A DNA stretch of 64,000 nt from Nemertoderma westbladi (taxonomy: Eukaryota; Animalia; Xenacoelomorpha). A model generated the notes under the pieces. That model did not search any database and was not told where the DNA came from. It saw only the letters and a program-made list of their open reading frames with translations. The DNA is taken from contig JAUCBJ010002907.1 in NCBI GenBank assembly GCA_032718475.1, forward strand, positions 1 to 64,000, read 5' to 3'. How positions within the stretch are numbered: the first letter of the stretch is position 1; each line of letters begins with the position of its first letter. The position numbers and the translations under genes are program-made. Below, in pieces: positions 53,824 through 64,000 of this stretch.

Positions 53824-55254
53824 TTAGAGTTTAAGATTTCTAGCCACGCCGTACAAATAATCTTCTATACAAATTTCACCACAGTCAAATTTGAGGCAGA
53901 GAGAGTATAGATTTCTTTCCTTTTCTATTTGTTTCTTTGATTTGACCTTCCCATGTGCCCTACATTCCAGATTCAATCGAATGTCGTGTTCCATCTTACA
54001 GTGCTCCCCTAGCAGCTGTTCAATCAATTCCCAAATTCCGGGATGGTGCTTTCCAGCAACAACATTCAGTCGATGATGATATCCTTCCTGAGCATTGTTA
54101 GTGCGGTCTATCTCTTCCGAAATGTTTCGATAAACATTCCATTCCGATGGTGTATACCGAGGTGTAGAAAATATTTCGCGCTTACGAACTACTTTCTTAA
54201 ACTTTCCATGGCCGTACGTGGAATCAAAGTAATTGAACAGATCCTTTTAAGCGTCACTTTGGAATAAAGGCTTGAATGCTTCAAGCTGCAGCAAAACAAC
54301 TTCTTCTGGTAGAAATGCGAGTGCTATAAGTTTTCGAACACGCACAGAAAACTCTTCATTCTCCGTGTACAGCACTGACAGTCCGAGCTCCTGTACCTTG
54401 CGAAATACCGATTGACCTAAATGGAAAAGGCATCGCTGAACCTTTCCATTTTCGAAATAGGTGAGAAACGCGTTTGCACTTCCTTTTTCGAAATCCAAGT
54501 GGATTGTTATGTCATTCTTGAAGACTACATCGTTCTCTGCAGCTAAATCGAACAAAATCTGGAATACAGATTCGTAACTCTCCTGATCGTGACGTTGCAT
54601 TAGCACATAAATCTGCGGGTACCAGGCATGGTATTTCTTACCAAGGATTGTACAAAGCTGTCTATTTGATCCAAATAACTTCGGAACAATTTTAAAAGTT
54701 CCATCAGCCATCCATTCATCCGTGCGACTCAGTTTGACGATATTATTATTTGTGCCAAACATTATTTTCCGGTTCCCTTCGCGGTTTTCGTTGTCATGTA
54801 AAAGGAATTTCTCACCGTCTAGGGTTTCCAGTGAAATATCATTTAATGCAAGTTCATCTAATGAAGCAGGCTCTTTTGGTTATAGCTTGCGTTTCATGTA
54901 ATTGATTTTCTGTCGGATTACAGTATCACTTGGTAGTTGTCGTTCAATAAGTGACTCGGAATGAATCTTGTTGATTATTTGCTGGGGTTTAGCAAAGCGA
55001 TTGAATTTCATCATTTCATCCAATCGGTAGTCAACAGATTTGATGCCCTGGGGGTCAGCGATGTGGGAATGCACAATATTCCTTTCATTCTTTCAAGTGT
55101 CTTGTTCAGTTGTAATTAGGCGAGCATTACACGTATTATATTGAGAGCACCTCCAGCATGTGGTTTTTGAACTTGGGTTGTAACGATCTTTTATAAATTT
55201 ATAGCCATCCAAAATTAAGCATCTCTTGCCTTTGTTAGAAATGGTAAACTCCAT
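53824..55254 (-). pseudogene. FLYWCH plus MULE DDE transposase, disrupted
   Basis: LILDGYKF...WRC...CNAR...HSH (FLYWCH), then WMADGTFKIVP, DFEKG, CLFHLGQ; broken into several ORFs. Confidence 0.9.
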
Positions 55255-55466
55255 GACAAATATAGCTATAAATACCAACTACCAACGAAACACTAGCTAC
55301 AGTACAGTAGTACCATAGAATCTAAAATAAATATAGTTTAAAAAAATATAATTTTCATAGATTCATTTTTTTGTAAAAGCGCAAGCTAGCAACATAATAC
55401 AGTAGCGAGTACGATAAAAAAAAATAAAATAAACAATGTCTTTTAATAAAAATACATTTAAAAAAT

Positions 55467-56027
55467 GGCATTAGTGTGGCCTGGGTGCCCACTTTTTTTC
55501 CAATTTTTTCATGTGAAAGTGACTATTATCGTGAGAAGTTTTTTGTTGTAGAACAAAAAATTTACCTGACGATAAGATGAGATTTTTTTGTATGGTAGCT
55601 AGTGTTTTTTATGGAGCTAGTATTTTTAGAAGTGTGTTTTTTCCATAGGATTTAATTGATACTAACTCACTTTCTTATTTCAAATTCATGATATTATTAT
55701 CCATAGAGAACGTATAGATTAAATCAACAAATAAATATTTAAAAAAACACTAGCTAGTAAAAATTACTAGCTAGGTAGCGGTACCACATGACTCAGTAAA
55801 TATTCTACGGATATTACTACTGTATAAGTTTAAATATGTTTAAAAAAAATTCCAATTTTTTTTTACTAGCTAGTTAATAGTACTAGCTAGTAAAAAAATG
55901 AAAAAATAATAGCTACCGGTACCATCTTACTGTCAGAAGGTCAAATTTTTGTTCTAAATCAATAAACCTCTTGTTAATAGTCATTTTCAAATGGGTCAAA
56001 AAGTGGGCACCAAGGCCACACTATGCC
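55467..56027. mobile_element. MITE-like inverted-repeat element within the MULE
   Basis: GGCATTAGTGTGGCCTGGGTGCCCACTTTTT is inverted at ~55998-56027; TSD unclear. Confidence 0.55.
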
Positions 56028-56275
56028 AAAAAAAAAAATAAAAGAAATGAATTCTGTATAGCTACCGGTATAATTTTTGTAAAACACTAGCTTCAAATGA
56101 AAAAATAGTAGCAACCACCGAAACCAATACCTACCATGAATCATTTAATATAAAATAAATAAGTTGACAATATGTAAATAATGGTGACACTGATTTAACA
56201 TACCGGTAATAAAAATAGATAAAATAGTTTTCGAAAAGTTATATTCTAGCGACCAAATACAATATACACTATTAA

Positions 56276-56927
56276 AGGATGGTTTACACGTGGCAACATT
56301 TTGTGCAACATTTTTTTATACTAGCTAGTTTTTTACTTTTTTTTTAAATGTTCTGAACATATTATCTAATCATTTAATATAAACATTTTGTTCAAGAACC
56401 ATTATCATTACCACAATCTTTTAATATAAAAATTTTGTTCAAGAACAAATACTTTTTGATCTAGAACAAAAAAAAACTATCTAATTTGTTAATTTTTTTT
56501 TGTACCGACGTATGTTATCTTTGTATCACATAGGCCTATTTAATAAAATGTTCTAGTTAAAATGTTCTAGAACAAATAATATTGGTTCTAGAACATTACT
56601 TTTTACAAAAATGAATAGACGACATGTCCTTGAACATTTAAAAAAAGTAAGAAAAACTGGCTTTGATAACAACAAAAAAACCTAATTAATTAATTATGTT
56701 CTAGAACAACAATAATTTGTTCAGAACAAAATATATAAAATAAAATGAATAGACAATACAGTATGTTCTAGAACATTTAAAAAATGTAACAAAAACTAGC
56801 TAGTATAAACAATTTGGGATGGGAGGGGGGGGTGTGCCCACAACACAGTGCGCGGTACGTGCAAAGCACATGCACGGTACGTGCATGTGCAACTTGGTCA
56901 GAAACATGCCACATGTGTAAACCGGCC
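56276..56927. mobile_element. Harbinger-like MITE within the MULE
   Basis: Imperfect TIRs GGATGGTTTACACGTGGCA / TGCCACATGTGTAAACCGGCC, with TTAA-like flanks. Confidence 0.5.
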
Positions 56928-57142
56928 TTAAACTTGCTTATACTTTATAAACAAACTAAATGATCTGGAAAGAGTACGGTATTATTTCCCAGGAAACAGG
57001 TTAAACTTAAATTTATACACTATACAATACGGATGGCATTAATACACTTTCGGTACCCTTAGTTTGAATGACCAATTTTTTTCACATGAAAAAGGCTTTT
57101 ATCATTAGGTTTTTTCTCTTGTACAAATATTTGATCGTCTGA

Positions 57143-57332
57143 GGCCGCGTTCACACTACCGAGTCAAAGTCAAAATAAAATAAATATAGTTAGCTAGCAA
57201 TAATAAATAATAATACATTATGTAGGCCTAATATAATACATAAGGGCGTTCTAGAAAACAATAAATTTCTTCTGATTTGTTTTATATTTTGTCTTTTGAC
57301 TTTGACTTTGACTCGGTAGTGTGAACGCGGCC
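57143..57332. mobile_element. Small Harbinger-like MITE within the MULE
   Basis: Perfect ~33-bp TIR GGCCGCGTTCACACTACCGAGTCAAAGTCAAAA; flanked by TGA and TAA. Confidence 0.75.
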
Positions 57333-60300
57333 TAACAGTAGGATGGTAGCTAGTAATTTTCATTTTTTTTAGCTAGTGAAATAAATTAAATTTGAAAATT
57401 TTATTACAATTCCTTTTTGTGAAAGTGGTTATCATCATGAGTTTTATGCTAGAACAAATATTTGACTTTCTTTTATTAAGATGGTAGCTAGTAAATTTGA
57501 TTTTTCTTTTTATAAGATATTAAACAAACAAAACCTCTTTATAACTATTTTTACTCTCGATATTTTTACTCTCGATATTATTCATCAGTCGATATTTTTC
57601 AACACTCGATATTTTTACTCTCGATATTTTTCAACACTCGATATTTTTACTCTCGATATTTTTCAACACTCGATATTTTTACTCTCGATATTTTTCAACA
57701 CTCGATATTTTTACTCTCGATATTTTTCAACACTCGATATTTTTACTCTCGATATTTTTACTCTCGATATTTTTCAACACTCGATATTTTTCAACACTCG
57801 ATATTTTTTCTCTCGATATTTTTCAACACTCGATATTTTTCAACACTCGATATTTTTCAACACTCGATATTTTTCAACACTCGATATTTTTCAACACTCG
57901 ATATTTTTCAACACTCGATATTTTTACTCTCGATATTTTTCAACACTCGATATTTTTCAACACTCGATATTTTTACTCTCGATATTTTTCAACACTCGAT
58001 ATTTTTTCTCTCGATATTTTTCAACACTCGATATTTTTCAACACTCGATATTTTTCAACACTCGATATTTTTCAACACTCGATATTTTTACTCTCGATAT
58101 TTTCAAGCACTCGATATTTTTACTCTCGATATTTTTCAACACTCGATAATTTTACTCTCGATGTTTTTCAACACTCGATATTTTTACTCTTGATATTTTT
58201 CAACACTCGATATTTTTACTCTCGATATTTTTCAACACTCGATATTTTTACTCTCGATATTTTTCAACACTCGATATTTTTCAACACTCGATATTTTTTC
58301 TCTCGATATTTTTCAACACTCGATATTTTTCAACACTCGATATTTTTCAACACTCGATATTTTTCAACACTCGATATTTTTCAACACTCGATATTTTTAC
58401 TCTCGATATTTTTCAACACTCGATATTTTTCAACACTCGATATTTTTACTCTCGATATTTTTCAACACTCGATATTTTTTCTCTCGATATTTTTCAACAC
58501 TCGATATTTTTCAACACTCGATATTTTTCAACACTCGATATTTTTCAACACTCGATATTTTTCAACACTCGATATTTTTCAACACTCGATATTTTTCAAC
58601 ACTCAATATTTTTCAACACTCGATATTTTTCAACACTCGATATTTTTACTCTCGATATTTTCAAGCACTCGATATTTTTACTCTAGATATTTTTCAACAC
58701 TCGATAATTTTACTCTCGATATTTTTCAACACTCGATATTTTTACTCTCGATATTTTTCAACACTCGATATTTTTCAACACTCGATATTTTTCAACACTC
58801 GATATTTTCGATATTTTTCATCTCGCGTTATTTTTACTCTCGATATTTTTTAATCACGTTAATTTTAAACACTCGTTATTTATCCTCTCGATATTTTTAC
58901 TCTCGATGTTTTTACTCTCGATATTTTTCAAGTCTCGTTATTTTTCACCATTACCTTGAAAACCTATAAATACCGAAAATGGAAATTTTCTATGAAGCTT
59001 TAGATATTTTGACATTTAGTGCCATCTAAACACATGTGCCAAATGCTAAAAAGTGGCACCTATGTGCCACTAGAGAATTCGAAACCGTTTGTAATCGAAT
59101 CAGCACCTTTGAAAACCTATAAATACCGAAAATGGAAATTTTCTATGAAGCTTTAGAGATTTTGATATTTTGTGCCATGCTAAACACATGTGCCAAATGC
59201 TAAAAAGTGGCACCTATGTGCCACTAGAGAATTCGAAACCGTTTGTAATCGAATCAGCACCTTTGAAAACCTATAAATACCGAAAATTGAACATTTCTAT
59301 GAAGCTTTAGAGATTTTAATATTTTGTGCCATGCTAAACACATGTGCCATGTGCCACAAGCTAAAAAGTGGCACTTCTACGCTACTAGAGAATTTGAAAC
59401 CATTTGTTAGTGCTTCAGCACCCTGTTAAACCTTGTGGAACCGAAATCTGCGCCATTCTGCCTGTGTCTATTGTGTTTGCCAAATACGCCAATTTTGGCA
59501 CGTGCCAGAATTGGCACACAGCCACCCTTTGAGAATTTGAGACCCATCTCAGAAGATTCGCCGCTTTCCGAAAGCCCGTATAGGTGAAAAATAGTGCCCA
59601 AACTATGAATATTTTTCGAAATAGGAAATTTTGGCCACAAAACAGGGTTTCTGGCCCACTGTGGCTCGGTGAGGAACACGTAGAAATTACTATCCATCAA
59701 CGACAGATGTCCTTTCTTAAAAAACTCAAAAGCAGAGATAACTTTGAAGTTAGCTACCATCATTTTGTCTTGAATATTGCCCAATCAGCTAAAAGTCCGA
59801 TGGGAGAGTACCTCAAAAATTATTTGCGATCATCAATAATATCCAAGTTGGCTAGTTTTAGGGAACTGACGAAATCTGCAACAGGAACCAGGTTCCTGAA
59901 TTACATCGAAATAAACCCAAGTCTAGCCCGTCATCCAGTATACTTAGATGCGTTAGTCCCTGAATTCGAACGTATAAAGTTTACACAATTATGTTTAAGC
60001 TCACATTCCCTACCGATGTGAATGGGAAAATGGTTGAGGACACCCTCGGACCAATGTCTATGCTTTGCAAGCTCACCCAGAACGATGCCCACGTGTTACA
60101 CTGCCAAACTCATTAATCGTAAGATCTCTATATCTTCAAAATAATGATATTTCCAAAGACCTAATACTTTCCAAGATATTATAAACTACCAAACAAGGCA
60201 ATCACCCAGCTGTGTTTTAAAATATCTAATCTATATTCAACATAAGAGTGTTAAAATAAACTCTGTTTTAGTGAAGTGCAACTAAATTTTCAAAAAGTGA

Positions 60301-61077
60301 AGTAAAGAAATAAATATTATTATTTGGACTACTATTACTTATATATATTATGGAATTCTTATAGAATATTCATCCCTATTTGTGTACTGTATGTATATTA
60401 TGTATCTATATATAATAATATCATCAATAAATAACTAACTAGTCTTTCATAGCAACTAGCGACCTAAGCATTCTATGACTATATTATGGTACTGTTTCAA
60501 CATACCCTGCTGTATCATACATAGTGTGTTTATTGAACTTGTTTCCAGTCACAGTTACCATGACAACCGTTGCAATATAGATATTCATTGACAGCACATT
60601 TGATTTAGGTAATGTTAGCACCGTAAGGTTAATATATTATTATTTTATGTCTAATTGTGTTTGCTTTCATTAAGTACAATAATATGTGATATTGTTTCGT
60701 TTATGAATGAAACAATCAAATTTTGATGACACCCTAACAATATGCATACAATACCACCATAGTATAATATTGTATTATTATACTGTTATATTATAAATAT
60801 TCCCCGTTAACAAGAGGGGCTAAGGGCAAGATACTGAATACATGACGTTTGACGCAAGAATATTTGGGACAGGGTGTTTCAGAGATGGGAGTGACTGGCG
60901 CAGTTTGGATGTTGAAAAAACAAACCGAACTGGCCGTGTGCACTACGTTGGTATGAGACCACGCAACCTTCACACAAACAGATTGGTTGCCTGACCTCGG
61001 TACTCAAACTTACAGATAATGGGCCTGGAATCGTCAGCAATTGCAGGATCCACCAGGTCAATGTCCTCTGGGGGAAC

Positions 61078-62210
61078 CAGTGCCGGATTAAGCCTCTGGT
61101 GGCCCTAAGGCACATTTGAGTAATTTTTAGCAAATAGCACGAAAATTGATATTTTTTCCACAAACCCTTTTAAAAGAAAAAGCTGCTAAAACAATAGAAA
61201 TGTTGAAAATGTTGCGAAAGAAGTATAAAGTATTTTCGTTGGATAAGCTAACATAATTAAAACACTGTGAAGTAAGTACTTTGTAAAATTAGTTTTCAGG
61301 TCGGTTTTTTCAAAAATTGCATAACTTTTAAGGCATTTATGTAAATTAGCTCATGTTTAAGGATCTGTAATAGGCCTACCACCTGGGTTGAAGTTCTTGG
61401 TTCAAGACTTTGGTAAAATGGACCTAGATATGTAGGTTATCTTCTATGAAAATTTTACCACAAAATTATTGTTTTTTAAACATTTATGGGGGTTTTAATA
61501 TGTCCGGGCTATATTTTTGGAATCAAATATTTTGTGATAGTTACTTGACGCAAAACCTACGGAGCCCGGGAAGGGACATGAGAAAAATATTTTTCTAACA
61601 CGAGCCCTCATGATAGCTCCAACGACCATTTACGTTAATATTACAAATATTACAAATTACGAATTGGCAGTTAAAATGCCATCGAGTGCAAAATTCAATA
61701 CACGAGGGCAGAACATCTGAATTTCGGTTAAATTAAATTAGTGACAAGGAGTTATTTCTGATACGTTTTTTATCGACTACTATTTTATCTACAACTAATT
61801 TATCCTTTATTTTATCTATTAGGGTCTATATTTATAAAACGAGTTTCCCGTAAAATTTTTTCATAACTTTTTATGAATCTACAAATTACGTTAATAATAA
61901 TGATGAAATTGAAATATCTAAATATTGTGCCACTACCGCCTGGTCTCGAACCCAGTAAATAATAACACAGCACCTGTCGGTCGACTGAGCACGAATTTTG
62001 TACTTTTCTATCACAAATTTCGTAATAGAGACTAGAAAGTAAAGTTGCACTATGTTGCTCTTTTTTCAACAAATTTTAGTGAGAAAAAATGTGGATTTTT
62101 CAGATAAAAATATATTTTTCACAGGATTGACTCGCTGAGAATAAATGGCCCGTATTTTCGGCTGGCCCTAAGGCACGTGCCTTATATGCCTTAAGGTTAA
62201 TCCGGCACTG
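61078..62210. mobile_element. Non-autonomous hAT-like element
   Basis: TIR CAGTGCCGGATTAA / TTAATCCGGCACTG; 8-bp TSD GGGGGAAC (61070-61077, 62211-62218). Confidence 0.88.
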
Positions 62211-62479
62211 GGGGGAACAACCGCTGGTACCACCCCGTCCTCAAGATAACTGCACGCACGCCCCCTGGCGGCTCTAACAGCAGTGCGCTCGGGTTGGATC
62301 ATTGCATCATTATATTGGTTAGAATTGCCAAGAATTAAGAATTACCTTAGCTTCCCCAATAGCGGTGTGAACTGCAAGCTGAATATATTATTATTTTGTG
62401 TATAATTGGGTTTGTTTTTATTAAGTACAATAATATGTGATATTGTTTCATTTATGAATGAAACAATTTTATATCAACT

Positions 62480-62940
62480 GCAACTTCAAGGCCAGTGTCT
62501 TTTAAGATGCTTCTGAAGAAAGTCATGGGCTGTCCACCATGCTTATTCACTCCATGAGGCTGCCAAAGTTCAAGATTATGCACTGGCTGGTCCTCACGGC
62601 GAAAACAATGTTCTGCAAAGCGGGGGCGGTTCTGTTCAAGTGTCAAGCTTGGGTAGACTAATGGAACACCACTAATGTTGTATAGAGTCTGATTGGAGAT
62701 GTGTTCATTATACTTCTCACCATGAACCCGGCGCAGTATTCTTGTGAAAGTGCCATCCAGAGATTTGGTATTTCTCTGCAGTTAGAGTCCAGCATGGACT
62801 ACCATATAAGAGTACTGGAACTACTACAGCCATAAATAAGCGAACCTTAAGGTTCCGTTTTATTCTATGGGACTTCCAAATCCTGGACAGACTATTTAAC
62901 ACTTACCATGCCTTCCCCTTACGTATCCGAAGGTCGTCAC
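62480..62940 (-). mobile_element. Diverged RTE LINE fragment
   Basis: VLLYGSPCW and EQNR.RFA.HCFRREDQPVHNL; same family as the other RTE copies. Confidence 0.85.
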
Positions 62941-64000
62941 CCTCATAAAGTATTGTATTATAACTATGTACTTGGTTGCGATATCTAATCTTTTAATGAC
63001 TGGTCGGGGCAATACTCACTCAAAAGGATCAGTGACGGTACAGTGGAATATATATATATCTTGATATCATACTGAAGTCTTATAATGCTTAGATCGCAGG
63101 TTGATATGGAGATCCTATTGGACTTAGCAACGGTTGTCATGATAACTGTGACACGAAACCAATTTAAATAACTTTAATATACTGGGGACAGAGTCACAAT
63201 AGTCATATAATGCTTAAATTGGTGTTACTGTAGTTATGGCGATTACTGCCCCTAACAACTAGCAGCTATGGTAACAGTGCTTCGGGACTGGGTTCATTGG
63301 ATTGGCTATCATGTGTAAATACTCTAGATATTGAGTGGTTATAACAGCGGTTGCTAGGGTCTCAGTCGATGTTGACATGGAAACACGTTTTATTGAAATT
63401 GCTCAAGGATGAGAGAGCGACACCCTCCCTAATATCGATTAGTATGGTATTATTAGTAGTATTGGTAGTATTTGTTATTTACTATGATATTACTTGTATT
63501 TGCTATGAAACTGATGTGACATTTTATGGGTATAAAATTGCATGGTTCATCACTCTGATGACGGACTATTATGATTTTGTCTTTCGACTAGATATACGGC
63601 CGAACTGCCACGGTGAGAACGGCCGTACTTGTAGGTAAGAACATCTGTCACCCTGGTCAATCACAGCATCTGTTGTTAAGCTTGTATGCAGGCAGTCTAA
63701 CTGGCATTCCCATAAATTATAGACTTCTCAATTTGACAGATAAACTACTGTAAGGCACTTGTTGTACTGCCTCAACACCAAATGGAAATGATGTAGGCCC
63801 ACGTAAGTAATGGAAGAATTCCATAAGCCTATGGGAATTATCGCTAGTAGAGATTTTATATTTTTCGATTAAAATAAATTATTTGCCTGAGCAAACATAT
63901 CATTCATGTAGAAAATTATATTTATAATATTGCCATTGCATTTGTGAATTTAGTTTTGAATCGAGTCGTGAATTTACATAATAACCAGTTTTCGGTTAAA

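Larger units (their letters stand above)
52105..58955 (-). mobile_element. Mutator/MULE transposon with ~1.3-1.4 kb foldback TIRs
   Basis: Termini GGTTATATTGAAAAATA and its inverted counterpart. TIRs are built from 17-bp and 15-bp units (52105-53420, 57546-58955). 8-bp TSD TTGAAAAC (52097-52104, 58956-58963). Confidence 0.9.
51237..59663. mobile_element. Non-autonomous Transib-like element (carrying the nested MULE)
   Basis: TIRs CACAGTGGGCCAG / CTGGCCCACTGTG; 5-bp GC-rich TSD GCTCG (51232-51236, 59664-59668); internal ~154-bp tandem repeats. Confidence 0.85.
51075..60250 (+). mobile_element. RTEX-like LINE fragment split by the Transib insertion (51075-51236 and 59664-60250)
   Basis: Left part reads LLYGCETW...LLGVRQTTPNMLAYIEL; right part resumes GEEHVE...LCLSSHSL...CFAS...HVLHC. 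Confidence 0.8.

Noticed and set aside
52088-58969. Long F/S/I-rich ORFs at 52088-53413 and 57481-58969
   Set aside because: They are translations of the MULE TIR subrepeats.

Overview
Repeat-dense, AT-rich eukaryotic (invertebrate-like metazoan) genomic DNA. I see no prokaryotic operons, rRNA or CRISPR arrays. Most of the window is satellites (73, 41, 33/36, 64, 54 and 55 bp units) and decayed transposons: RTE, RTEX-like, CR1/L2-like and CRE-like LINEs, Penelope, a tRNA-SINE, Harbinger, MULE, Transib, piggyBac, hAT and a solo LTR. The main result is a host gene that the ORF track misses: a two-coding-exon neuropeptide precursor on the + strand. A signal-peptide exon (6940-6994) is phase-compatible, across a ~32 kb intron, with exon 39345-39817. 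That exon encodes 11 copies of NVPGF-G-KR (predicted NVPGFamide), and the copies differ only at synonymous sites. Other notable items are a four-level nested insertion (LINE < Transib with RSS-like 12/22 asymmetric ends < foldback-type MULE < MITEs), a minimal hammerhead-ribozyme-like fold, and a possible antisense interleaved gene remnant with COLFI-like motifs. Family assignments come from motif recognition by eye, not from database searches.
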